Shown here: in pieces, positions 21,743 through 30,604 of the stretch
Position numbering within the stretch: the first letter of the stretch is position 1
Layout of the letters: each line of letters opens with the position of its first letter
From: Oscillospiraceae bacterium
GTDB taxonomy: Bacteria; Bacillota; Clostridia; Oscillospirales; Oscillospiraceae
DNA length: 64,000 nucleotides
Direction: 5' to 3'
Assembly (NCBI GenBank): GCA_017541825.1
Contig: JAFXYJ010000043.1
Location: 17,154 to 81,153, forward strand
Translations under genes and position numbers: made by a program
Notes under the pieces: model-generated
What the model was told of the DNA's origin: nothing
Seen by the model: only the letters and a program-made list of their open reading frames with translations
Database searches by the model: none

Positions 21743-22432
21743 TCAGTCCTTCGCCGCGGGATATTCGGTGCACAGCAGCCGGTAGGGCGGCTCGTCCTCC
21801 TCGATGGTCGGGAAGCGGCCCACGGGCGGGTTGAAGCGGTTGTCGGTGTTGTCGTCGTTGCACTGGCTGACCTCCCCCAGGAGCACCGGCCCGGTGCCCG
21901 CCTCCACGGTGAAGTCGTGGTACAGGAGCTGCTGGATGTGGATGCTCTCGCCGGGCGTCAGACGGATCTGCGTCCCGGCGGGCACGGTGAAGGTGCGGCC
22001 GTCGGTGTGGACGGTCACGTCGGAGATACGGTCGATCTCCTCGTCCGGCAGGCTGTTGTATACCCGGATGAGCACGTTCCCGCCGCCGCGGTTGATGATG
22101 TCCTCGGTCTTGTACCAGTGGAAATGATTGGGGGCATACTGCCCTTCCTTCAGATAGAGCAGCTTTTCCGCGTAGACCTTGGGATATTTGTCCGCCATGG
22201 CCCGATTGCCGTTGCGGATCGTGATCAGGGAGAAGCCGACCCTGTCAAAATCGCCCAGACCGTAGTCGGTGATATCCCAGCCGAGCATGCACTCGCGGAC
22301 CTCGTCGTACTCGTGGCCGAGGCTGCGCCACTGCGCGGGCGTGAAATGACAAAACGGCGGCAGGAAGCAGCAATACTTTTCGCACATGGCCTCCAGCTCC
22401 CGGAGGGCCGCGTTTATCGCAGAACGTTTCAT
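21743..22432 (-). CDS. D-lyxose/D-mannose ketol-isomerase (cupin)
   Basis: Starts MKRSAINAALRELE. Contains GWDITDYGLGDF, the metal-site region KLLYLKEGQYAPNHFHWYKTEDIINRGGG, and GESIHI. Length 229 aa. Confidence 0.8.
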   Translation of the reverse strand: MKRSAINAALRELEAMCEKYCCFLPPFCHFTPAQWRSLGHEYDEVRECMLGWDITDYGLGDFDRVGFSLITIRNGNRAMADKYPKVYAEKLLYLKEGQYAPNHFHWYKTEDIINRGGGNVLIRVYNSLPDEEIDRISDVTVHTDGRTFTVPAGTQIRLTPGESIHIQQLLYHDFTVEAGTGPVLLGEVSQCNDDNTDNRFNPPVGRFPTIEEDEPPYRLLCTEYPAAKD

Positions 22433-22541
22433 AGCAGCAGGCTCCTTTCCCGGCACACGGAATAACGGTATTACGGTATTATAGTGTCCGGACAAAAGCT
22501 TTGTCAACGTCCGGGCAAGCGTAAAAAAAGGAGACGGCCCC

Positions 22542-22823
22542 ATGAGAGAGATCGAGATATTCTATCTGACAGACTGCCCGTACTGCCGCAGCGCGCGGAA
22601 GGCCATCGGGGAGCTCATCGACGAGCACCCGGCCTACGCCGGCGTGGGCGTGCGCTGGATCGAGGAGCGGGCCGATCCCGAGGCCGCCCGGAGCATGGAT
22701 TACTACTATGTGCCCGCCGTGTTCTGTAACGGGCGAAAGCTCTACGAAGCCCGGCCCGGCCACAGCTTCGCCCGCATCAAGGCCGAGCTGCGCCAGGCTT
22801 TCGAACAGGTGCTCCGGCCCTGA
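22542..22823 (+). CDS. Glutaredoxin/thioredoxin-fold protein (CPYC)
   Basis: 93 aa. FYLTDCPYCRSARK carries the redox motif. Good RBS. Confidence 0.7.
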   Translation: MREIEIFYLTDCPYCRSARKAIGELIDEHPAYAGVGVRWIEERADPEAARSMDYYYVPAVFCNGRKLYEARPGHSFARIKAELRQAFEQVLRP

Positions 22824-22885
22824 GCCCGGCGGCGCCGTGAATGCGCCGCGCAGCCGCACGGCGCGAAAAAAGCAATTTGGTATTC

Positions 22886-22915
22886 TTGACTAACCGCGCG
22901 GCGAACGGATATGAT
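22886..22915 (+). promoter_or_regulatory. Sigma-70-like promoter of rubrerythrin
   Basis: TTGACT (22886-22891), an 18-nt spacer, then TATGAT (22910-22915). Confidence 0.45.
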
Positions 22916-22950
22916 AATGACGAACGAAACGAAATAAGGAGGATCGACCC

Positions 22951-23493
22951 ATGGCCAACAACCGTTATTCCGGAACCCAGACAGAGAAGAACCTGGAGGC
23001 CGCCTTTGCCGGCGAGTCTCAGGCACGCAACAAGTACACCTATTTTGCCTCCAAAGCCAAAAAAGAAGGCTTTGAGCAGATCGCGGCGCTGTTTCTGAAG
23101 ACGGCGGAAAACGAGAAGGAACACGCCAAGCTCTGGTTCAAGGAACTCGAGGGCATCGGCTCCACGGCCGAGAACCTCGGCGCCGCCGCCGACGGCGAGA
23201 ACTACGAGTGGACCGATATGTATGAGGGCTTTGCCAGGACCGCAGAGGCGGAGGGCTTCCCCGAGCTGGCCGCCAAGTTCCGCGGTGTGGCCGCCATCGA
23301 GAAGCATCACGAGGAGCGTTATCGCGCGCTGCTGCGCAACGTGGAGGCCCAGGAGGTCTTTGCCAAGAGCGAGGTCAAGGTGTGGGAGTGCCGCAACTGC
23401 GGCCACATCGTGGTCGGCACCGCCGCCCCGGAGATCTGCCCTGTCTGCGCCCATCCGCAGGCGTATTTTGAGATCAACGCCGAGAATTACTGA
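22951..23493 (+). CDS. rbr: Rubrerythrin
   Basis: Diiron four-helix motifs ([25 protein letters not shown]) plus a C-terminal rubredoxin motif, CRNCG...CPVC. Confidence 0.95.
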   Translation: MANNRYSGTQTEKNLEAAFAGESQARNKYTYFASKAKKEGFEQIAALFLKTAENEKEHAKLWFKELEGIGSTAENLGAAADGENYEWTDMYEGFARTAEAEGFPELAAKFRGVAAIEKHHEERYRALLRNVEAQEVFAKSEVKVWECRNCGHIVVGTAAPEICPVCAHPQAYFEINAENY

Positions 23494-23512
23494 TCCCGCG
23501 GGAGCATACCGG

Positions 23513-23556
23513 AACAAACGGGGGCCGCTGTCAGGCGGTCCCCGTTTGTTTGTGAC
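23513..23556 (+). terminator. Intrinsic terminator after rbr
   Basis: 11-bp stem AACAAACGGGG / CCCCGTTTGTT followed by a T-rich tail. Confidence 0.65.
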
Positions 23557-23793
23557 TTTTGTGACCGCAGGGAAGCCGGTTGTGCTCCATTTCGTATAAT
23601 CTAGTATTTCAACCGAGCAAACGCGCCGGCCCCGGACGGACCGCCATCAGAGAGAAAAAGCCCCACGGTCATGTGCCGCGTCTTTCCGAACGTCCGACTT
23701 GACGGAAAGGCGTTCGGCGCGCATACTGATGATCGGACACAAACGAAAGACGGGCTGTGACCGCGCGGAACAGGCGATCGGAGAGGTGACAGG

Positions 23794-24501
23794 ATGAAAA
23801 CGGTATTGTTCGATCTGGACGGCACGCTGCTGCCCATGGACCAGGATGAGTTCGTCAACGGCTATTTCGGCTATCTGGTGCGCAAGATGGAGCCCCGCGG
23901 CTATGAAGGCCGCGCGCTGATCAAGGCCATCTGGGGCGGGACCGCCGCCATGGTGCGCAACGACGGGACCGGCACCAATGAGGACGCCTTCTGGCGCTTT
24001 TTTACCGGCGTCTACGGCGAGAGCGCCCGAGACGATATCGTCCTCTTCGAGGATTTCTACGCCAATGATTTCCAAAAGGCCAAGGCGTTCTGCGGCTATA
24101 CGCCCAAGGCCGCGGAGACGATCCGTCTGGTCAAGGCGCTGGGCGGCCGCACGGCGCTGGCCACCAATCCGCTCTTTCCCGCCGTCGCCACCGAGAGCCG
24201 CATCCGCTGGGCGGGGCTCGAGCCGGAGGATTTCGAGCTCTACACCACCTATGAGAACATCGGCTGGTGCAAGCCGAACCTGGACTATTACCGGGAGATC
24301 CTCCGCCGGCTGGACGCCGCGCCGGAGGAGAGCATCATGGTGGGCAACGACGCCGGGGAGGATCTGGTCGCCGCCGAGCTGGGCATGAAGGTGTTCTGGC
24401 TCACCGACTGCGCGATCAACAAGGTCGGCGCCCGGGAGGAGGACTGGCCCCACGGCGGCTTTGACGAGCTGATGGACTGGCTGCGGGGCGAGCTGCGCTG
24501 A
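23794..24501 (+). CDS. HAD-superfamily hydrolase
   Basis: MKTVLFDLDGTLL carries the DxDGT motif I. GNDAGEDL supplies the late acidic motif. Confidence 0.8.
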   Translation: MKTVLFDLDGTLLPMDQDEFVNGYFGYLVRKMEPRGYEGRALIKAIWGGTAAMVRNDGTGTNEDAFWRFFTGVYGESARDDIVLFEDFYANDFQKAKAFCGYTPKAAETIRLVKALGGRTALATNPLFPAVATESRIRWAGLEPEDFELYTTYENIGWCKPNLDYYREILRRLDAAPEESIMVGNDAGEDLVAAELGMKVFWLTDCAINKVGAREEDWPHGGFDELMDWLRGELR

Positions 24502-24505
24502 AAAA

Positions 24506-24541
24506 AGACCGGGAGGGCGGATGCCTCCCGGTCTTTATATT
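24506..24541. terminator. Bidirectional intrinsic terminator (HAD gene / citrate synthase)
   Basis: 11-bp stem AGACCGGGAGG / CCTCCCGGTCT. An A-run lies upstream and TTATATTT downstream. Confidence 0.7.
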
Positions 24542-24550
24542 TGAATTGTT

Positions 24551-25909
24551 TTACCGTTCATTCATGGGCACGTAGTGGGTGTATTTCATCGACGAACGGT
24601 AGGCCGGGCGGATGATGCGGCCGCCGGTGGCGACCTCCTCGAGACGGTGGGCGCACCAGCCGGCCACGCGGGCGATGGCGAACAGCGGCGTGAACAGCTC
24701 GGTGGGGATGCCCAGCATCCGGTAAACGAGCCCGGAATAGAGGTCCACGTTGGCGCACATGGGCACCGTGTGCCCGGTGTGCTCCATCACCAGCGGGATG
24801 CCCAGGCGCTCCACGGCTTCGGTCAGGGCAAAGTCGTCGCCGTAGCCCAGCTCCTCCGCCATCTTTCTGGCGTACCGCTTGATGATCGTAGTGCGCGGGT
24901 CGCTGATGGTATACACGGCGTGGCCCAGGCCGTAGATCTTGCCCGAGCGGTCACCGGCCTCGCGGCGGAGCAGTCGGACCAGATAGTCCCGGATCGTGTC
25001 GTCCGAGCGGTCGCCGATGTTCTCGCTGATATCGGCGAGCATCTCCTGCACCTTCTCGTTGGCGCCGCCGTGGAGCGGCCCCTTGAGAGAGCCCACCGCC
25101 GCGGCGATGGCGCTGTAGGTGTCGGTGCCGGAGGAGGACAGCGTCCGGCAGGCGAAGGCGGAGTTGTTGCCGCCGCCGTGCTCGGCCTGGAGGATCAGCA
25201 TCAGATCGAGCAGCCGCGCCTCCTCGTGGGTGTAGCTCTTGTCCCGGCGGGCCATGCGCAGGAAGTTCTCGGCCAGCGACAGATGATCCTTGGGGTTGTG
25301 GATGTACAGGGAGTGCCCGCCGAAGATGTGGCGCTTGACGGCATAGGCGTCGGCCACGATGGTGGGGAACCGGCCGATGAGCACGATGGACTGGCGCATG
25401 ATGTTTTCCAGCGATGTGTCGTCGGGGTTGTCGTCATAGGAATAGGAGGCGAGCACGCTGCGCTCGAGCTTGTTCATCACGTTCTTCGACGGCGCCTTGA
25501 GGATCATATCCTCGAAAAACCCGTCCGGCAGCCGCCGGGAGGCGGCCAGGATGGCGTTGAACTGGTCGAGCTGCGTCTGGTCGGGCAGGCTGCCGAACAG
25601 CAGCAGATACGCCACCTCCTCATAGCCGAAGGTGTCGGTATACATATGGCTGTCGGCGATCTCGTTGATGTTGATCCCGCGGTAATAGAGCTCGCCGGGA
25701 ATGGGGACCTTCTCCAGATCGCGCAGATAGTAGCCCTGTACGCTGCCGATCTGGGTCACGCCGGCGATGACGCCGGTGCCGTCGGAATTGCGCAGGCCCC
25801 GCTTGACCGCGCTGCCCTGGTAGTGCCTCGGATCAATCGTGTACTGCTCGTGCACGTTGGCGCACAGTGATTCGATGCAGGCGTTGATTTCGTTGCTGTC
25901 TATGACCAC
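24551..25909 (-). CDS. Citrate synthase family enzyme
   Basis: 452 aa with citrate synthase signature regions (LILQAEHGGGNNSAFA, GPLHGGANE, GLGHAVY, ARVAGW). GTG start, with an in-frame stop 9 nt upstream. Confidence 0.85.
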   Translation of the reverse strand: MVIDSNEINACIESLCANVHEQYTIDPRHYQGSAVKRGLRNSDGTGVIAGVTQIGSVQGYYLRDLEKVPIPGELYYRGININEIADSHMYTDTFGYEEVAYLLLFGSLPDQTQLDQFNAILAASRRLPDGFFEDMILKAPSKNVMNKLERSVLASYSYDDNPDDTSLENIMRQSIVLIGRFPTIVADAYAVKRHIFGGHSLYIHNPKDHLSLAENFLRMARRDKSYTHEEARLLDLMLILQAEHGGGNNSAFACRTLSSSGTDTYSAIAAAVGSLKGPLHGGANEKVQEMLADISENIGDRSDDTIRDYLVRLLRREAGDRSGKIYGLGHAVYTISDPRTTIIKRYARKMAEELGYGDDFALTEAVERLGIPLVMEHTGHTVPMCANVDLYSGLVYRMLGIPTELFTPLFAIARVAGWCAHRLEEVATGGRIIRPAYRSSMKYTHYVPMNER

Positions 25910-26191
25910 TTGTGTTCACATCCTCAGTATGGATATTTGAGCAAAAGTATAGCGCGGAAGGGGCCGATTTGCAAGCGCAAAGCATTTTCTTTCAAATTTT
26001 CTCCCTTTTGCCCTGCATTTTCCCGGGATGATCCGGTTATTTATGAAAGTTGATTAATAAAAAATGCAAAATCGCCTTGCGGAGCGGGACCCTTTTTGAT
26101 ATACTGGCCCGGAAGCGCACGCGCGCGCACGCCCCGGAAACGACAGAACGCCCGCGCCCCCGGACCGACGCGCCGGGAGAAGGAGGAGACC

Positions 26192-27403
26192 ATGGAAAAG
26201 ATCAAAATGCGCAGCCCCATCGTGGAGATCGACGGCGACGAGATGACGCGCATCCTTTGGCAGGAGATCAAATCGGAGCTGCTCGCTCCCTTCGTAGAGC
26301 TCAACACCGAGTATTACGATCTCGGCTTGCCCAACCGGGACGCCACCGGCGACCGGGTGACCGCGGAGGCCGGGGAGGCGATCCTGCGCTGCAGAGTCGG
26401 CGTCAAGTGCGCGACCATCACCCCCAATGCCGAGCGCATGAAGGAGTACGGCCTGCGCGAGATGTGGCGCAGCCCCAACGGCACGATCCGCGCCATCCTC
26501 GACGGCACGGTGTTCCGCGCGCCCATCGCCTGCCCGGTGCTCAAGACCCTGATCCCCGGCTGGATAAAGCCGATCACTGTGGCCCGCCACAGCTACGGCG
26601 ACATTTACCGGGACACGGAGCTGCGCGTGGAGGGCCCTGGCACGGCGGAGCTGGTGTTCACGGCCGCCGACGGGAGCCAGGAGCGCCGGACGATCTACGA
26701 GTTCGAGGGTCCCGGGGTGCTCCAGGGCTGCTACAACAAGGACAGCTCCGTGGAGAATTTCGCCCGCTCCTGCTTTGAGTACGCCCTGAGCGTCGGACAG
26801 GACCTGTGGTTCTCGGCCAAGGACACGATCATGAAGCAGTACGACGGCCTGTTCAAGGACACCTTCCGCCGCCTGTACGAGGAGGAATACCGGGAGCGCT
26901 TCGAACAGGCGGGGATCACCTATTTTTATACGCTGATCGACGACGCCGTCGCGCGGCTGGTCCGCTCGGAGGGCGGCATCGTGTGGGCGCTCAAGAACTA
27001 CGACGGCGACGTGATGAGCGACCTGATCTCCACTGCCTTCGGCTCCCTGGCTATGATGACCAGCGTGCTGGTCAACGCCGACGGCTGCTACGAATTCGAG
27101 GCGGCCCACGGCACCGTCACGCAGCACTACTACCGCCGTCTGCGGGGCGAGCGCACCTCCACCAACCCGGTGGCGACGATATACGCCTGGTCCGGCGCTC
27201 TGCGCAAGCGCGGAGAGCTCGACGGCGACGCGGCGCTGACGGGCTTTGCCGACGCGCTGGAGACGGCGGTCATGGACACGATCTGTGCGGGCACCGTCAC
27301 CGGCGACCTGGCCGCGCTGATGGAGCCCCGGCCCGCGGGAGTGGACAGCGAGACCTTCCTGGCCGCCGTACGCGCCAGACTGGAGAAGACCCTGGGAGCA
27401 TAA
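26192..27403 (+). CDS. icd: NADP-dependent isocitrate dehydrogenase (homodimeric, eukaryote-like subtype)
   Basis: MEKIKMRSPIVEIDGDEMTRILW..., ATITPN, NGTIRAILDGTVFR, KNYDGDVMSD and HGTVTQHY. AGGAGG RBS. The track start at 26096 is an extension. Confidence 0.9.
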   Translation: MEKIKMRSPIVEIDGDEMTRILWQEIKSELLAPFVELNTEYYDLGLPNRDATGDRVTAEAGEAILRCRVGVKCATITPNAERMKEYGLREMWRSPNGTIRAILDGTVFRAPIACPVLKTLIPGWIKPITVARHSYGDIYRDTELRVEGPGTAELVFTAADGSQERRTIYEFEGPGVLQGCYNKDSSVENFARSCFEYALSVGQDLWFSAKDTIMKQYDGLFKDTFRRLYEEEYRERFEQAGITYFYTLIDDAVARLVRSEGGIVWALKNYDGDVMSDLISTAFGSLAMMTSVLVNADGCYEFEAAHGTVTQHYYRRLRGERTSTNPVATIYAWSGALRKRGELDGDAALTGFADALETAVMDTICAGTVTGDLAALMEPRPAGVDSETFLAAVRARLEKTLGA

Positions 27404-27436
27404 AAAACTCTTTCCCCTCCGGGGGAGGGGATTGGC

Positions 27437-27465
27437 TTGACAAAGCACGGCGATAGTGATAGATT
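27437..27465 (+). promoter_or_regulatory. Sigma-70-like promoter driving the riboswitch leader
   Basis: TTGACA (27437-27442), a 17-nt spacer, then TAGATT (27460-27465). Confidence 0.6.
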
Positions 27466-27486
27466 GAATGGCAACAATTGATTACG

Positions 27487-27668
27487 TTCGAGTGCCGTCA
27501 CTTCCCCGCGGGAAATGACGGAGAATAGGGAATCCGGTGCGAATCCGGAACGGTACCGCCACTGTGAGCGCGTTAGACCGTACATGCGGTGTGAGCCAGC
27601 CATTGGGGAGACCTGAGAAGGCGTTGTACGATTGAAGAGGCGTAAGTCAGGAGACCTGCTTGAACGGT
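27487..27668 (+). promoter_or_regulatory. Cobalamin (B12) riboswitch aptamer
   Basis: The conserved core reads AATAGGGAATCCGGTGCGAATCCGGAACGGTACCGCCACTGTGAGC, including the B12 box GCCACTG. The 3' element AGTCAGGAGACCTGC is also present. Both are hallmarks of the RF00174 class. I set the boundaries by eye. Confidence 0.85.
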
Positions 27669-27726
27669 CGGCTTCGTGTCTTCCGGGAATGAGGACTCTG
27701 AGCGCAATCTGTCACGCGGAAATACG

Positions 27727-27759
27727 GCCGCGGCAGTTTTTCGGCTGCCGCGGCTTTTT
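27727..27759 (+). terminator. Riboswitch expression platform: intrinsic attenuator terminator
   Basis: Perfect 10-bp stem GCCGCGGCAG / CTGCCGCGGC with an 8-nt loop, followed by TTTTT. It lies 52 nt before the ATG at 27811. Confidence 0.8.
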
Positions 27760-27810
27760 ATGTTCTTGTCAGGTCAACCCCCTGAAATATAATGTACGGA
27801 GGCATTTTTC

Positions 27811-30510
27811 ATGAGAGCAATGAGAAAGATCTTGCCCTTCCTGCTTACCCTGTGCATGCTGCTGAGCCTTTCCGGCTGCGGCAACACGGCTGCCGCGCCT
27901 GCCGCGCAGGAGAGCGAGCCCGCTGCCGAGGCGCAGGCCCCTGCCGCCCCTGCGGAGGAGCCCGCCGCCGAGGAGGAGGACGAGGAGAATTATGAGACCG
28001 GCGACGCGTCTCTGGACGACCCCCTGAACGCAGACGGCATCGGCGAGACCGAACTGCTGGTCGTGAGCTTCGGCACCAGCTTCAACGACAGCCGCCGCCT
28101 CACCATCGGCGCCATCGAGCGCGCCCTGCAGGCGGCCTTCCCCTATGTCAGCGTCCGCCGCGGCTTCACCGCCCAGATCATCATCGATCACGTGGCGCGC
28201 CGTGACGGCGAGGTCATCGACAACGTCACCGAGGCCCTGGACCGCGCGGTCAGCAACGGGGTCAAGACGCTGGTCGTGCAGCCCACCCACCTGATGAACG
28301 GTCTGGAGTACGACGAGCTCGTCGGGATCCTGGCCGGCTACTCCGACGCCTTTGAGCGCGTCGTGGTGGGAGAGCCCCTGCTGACCTCCGACGACGACTT
28401 CGCGCGCGTGGCTCAGGCGCTGGTGGACGCCACCGCCGAATACGACGACGGCGAGACCGCCATCTGCTTCATGGGCCACGGCACCGAGGCCGAGTCCAAC
28501 AAGATCTACGCCCAGATGCAGGAAGTCCTGACCGGCATGGGCATGGCCAACTACTTCGTCGGCACCGTCGAGGCCGAGCCCTCCCTGGAGGACGTGCTGG
28601 CGATGGTCGATGCGGGCGACTACACCCGCGTGGTGCTGCGGCCGATGATGGTCGTGGCGGGCGACCACGCCAACAACGACATGGCGGGCGACGAGGAAGA
28701 CTCCTGGAAGAGCGCCTTTGAGGCCGCGGGTTACGAGGTCGAGTGCGTCGTCGAGGGCCTGGGCGGCATCCCCGAGATCCAGGAGCTCTATGTCGAGCAC
28801 GCCAAGGCCGCCTTCGGCGAGCTGGACGACGATTACTTCACCGGCGACGCGTCCCTGGACGATCCTCTGAACGCCGACGGCATCGGTGAGACCGAGCTGC
28901 TGGTCGTCAGCTTCGGCACCAGCTTCAACGGCAACCGCGTCGCCACCATCGGCGCCATCGAGGGCGCCCTTGCCGAGGCCTTCCCCGAGGCCGGTGTGCG
29001 TCGCGGCTTCACCGCGCAGATCATCATCGACCACATCCTCGAGCGCGACGGCGAGGTCATCGACAACGTCACCGAGGCGCTGGAGCGGGCCGTGGCCAAC
29101 GGCGTCAAGACGCTGGTGGTGCAGCCCACCCACCTGATGAACGGCTTCGAGTATGACGAGCTGATCGGCATCCTGGCCGGTTACATCGACGATTTCGAGG
29201 CGATCCAGGTCGGCGAGCCCCTGCTGACCTCCGACGACGACTTCCAGCGCGTGGCGCAGGCCATGGTCGACGCCACCGCCGCGTATGACGACGGCGAGAC
29301 CGCCATCTGCTTCATGGGCCACGGCACCGAGGCCAAGTCCAACGGCGTTTACGCCAAGATGCAGACTCTGCTCACCGACATGGGCAAGACCAATTACTTC
29401 ATCGGCACCGTCGAGGCCGAACCCTCCCTTGAGGACGTGCTGGCCCTGGTACAGGCGGGCGACTACAAGCGCGTCGTGCTCCGGCCGATGATGGTCGTGG
29501 CCGGCGACCACGCCAACAACGACATGGCCGGCGACGAAGAGGATTCCTGGAAGACCGCCTTTGAGGCGGCCGGCTACGAGGTCGTGTGCGTCATCGAGGG
29601 CCTGGGCGGCATCCCCGAGATCCAGCAGCTCTACGTCGAGCACGCGCAGAGAGCCTTCTACGCTCTGGATGAGGACACCGGCGACGCGGCCAGGGACGAT
29701 CCGCTGAACGCCGACGGCATCGGCGAGACCGAGCTGCTGGTCGTCAGCTTCGGCACCAGCTTCAACGACAACCGCGTCGCCACCATCGGCGGCATCGAGA
29801 ACGCGCTCAAGAAGGCATACCCCGACTACAGCGTGCGCCGCGGCTTCACCGCGCAGATCATCATCGACCACGTCCGGATCCGCGACGGCGAGATCATCGA
29901 CAACGTCACCGAGGCCCTGGAGCGGGCCGTGGCCAACGAGGTCAAGACGCTGATCGTGCAGCCCACCCACCTGATGAACGGCATCGAGTACGATGAGATC
30001 ATGGGGATCCTGGCCGGCTATTCCGACGCTTTTGACAAGATCATCGTCGGCGCGCCGCTGCTGACCTCCGACGACGACTTCCAGCGCGTGGCGCAGGTCC
30101 TGGTCGACGCCACCGCCGAATATGACGACGGCGAGACCGCCATCTGCTTCATGGGCCACGGCACCGAGCACGAGTCCAACGGCGTGTACGCCAGAATGCA
30201 GCAGCTGTTCACCGACATGGGCAAGACGAACTATTTCGTCGGCACCGTGGAGGCCGAGCCCTCCCTTGAGGACGTGATGGCGCTGGTGCAGGCCGGCAAT
30301 TACAAGCGCGTCGTGCTCCGGCCGATGATGGTCGTGGCCGGCGACCATGCCAACAACGACATGGCCGGCGACGAGGAAGGCTCCTGGAAGACCGAGTTCG
30401 AGGCCGCGGGCTACGAGGTCATCCCCGTGATCGAGGGCCTGGGCGGCATCCCGGAGATCCAGCAGCTCTACATCGAGCACGTGCAGGCCGCGATCGACGC
30501 CGCTGCCTGA
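27811..30510 (+). CDS. Lipoprotein with three tandem CbiK-type (class II chelatase, sirohydrochlorin cobaltochelatase-like) domains
   Basis: Lipobox MRAMRKILPFLLTLCMLLSLSGC, followed by an A/P/E linker. Three units of about 280 aa each contain LLVVSFGTSFN, VVQPTHLMNG.EY, ICFMGHGTE and RPMMVVAGDHANNDMAG. Both CbiK metal-ligand histidines are retained in every unit. Confidence 0.85.
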   Translation: MRAMRKILPFLLTLCMLLSLSGCGNTAAAPAAQESEPAAEAQAPAAPAEEPAAEEEDEENYETGDASLDDPLNADGIGETELLVVSFGTSFNDSRRLTIGAIERALQAAFPYVSVRRGFTAQIIIDHVARRDGEVIDNVTEALDRAVSNGVKTLVVQPTHLMNGLEYDELVGILAGYSDAFERVVVGEPLLTSDDDFARVAQALVDATAEYDDGETAICFMGHGTEAESNKIYAQMQEVLTGMGMANYFVGTVEAEPSLEDVLAMVDAGDYTRVVLRPMMVVAGDHANNDMAGDEEDSWKSAFEAAGYEVECVVEGLGGIPEIQELYVEHAKAAFGELDDDYFTGDASLDDPLNADGIGETELLVVSFGTSFNGNRVATIGAIEGALAEAFPEAGVRRGFTAQIIIDHILERDGEVIDNVTEALERAVANGVKTLVVQPTHLMNGFEYDELIGILAGYIDDFEAIQVGEPLLTSDDDFQRVAQAMVDATAAYDDGETAICFMGHGTEAKSNGVYAKMQTLLTDMGKTNYFIGTVEAEPSLEDVLALVQAGDYKRVVLRPMMVVAGDHANNDMAGDEEDSWKTAFEAAGYEVVCVIEGLGGIPEIQQLYVEHAQRAFYALDEDTGDAARDDPLNADGIGETELLVVSFGTSFNDNRVATIGGIENALKKAYPDYSVRRGFTAQIIIDHVRIRDGEIIDNVTEALERAVANEVKTLIVQPTHLMNGIEYDEIMGILAGYSDAFDKIIVGAPLLTSDDDFQRVAQVLVDATAEYDDGETAICFMGHGTEHESNGVYARMQQLFTDMGKTNYFVGTVEAEPSLEDVMALVQAGNYKRVVLRPMMVVAGDHANNDMAGDEEGSWKTEFEAAGYEVIPVIEGLGGIPEIQQLYIEHVQAAIDAAA
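28000..30510 (+). repeat. Three in-frame tandem repeats of about 840 bp (one CbiK domain each)
   Basis: The unit start motif GGCGACGCG (G-D-A) occurs at 28000, 28843 and 29680, giving periods of 843 and 837 bp. Long stretches are identical at the protein level. Confidence 0.85.
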
Positions 30511-30604
30511 AAGCTGCGTACGAACGTTTGAGTCCATGGGTTTTCCCCGGCGGATGCTCCGCCGGGGAAAATCTTCCGTCGATTGAAAAAGAGGATGACG
30601 CGTT

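Noticed and set aside
22832-22864. The inverted repeat GCGCCGTG...CACGGCGC after the glutaredoxin-like gene, considered as a terminator.
   Set aside because: It has an 8-bp stem with a 17-nt loop and is followed by an A-run rather than a U-tract. The evidence is insufficient.
27414-27430. The hairpin CCCCTCC-GGG-GGAGGGG after icd, considered as a terminator.
   Set aside because: It has only a 7-bp stem and no downstream U-tract on the plus strand. It is too weak to call. It does sit just upstream of the riboswitch promoter, so some insulation is possible.
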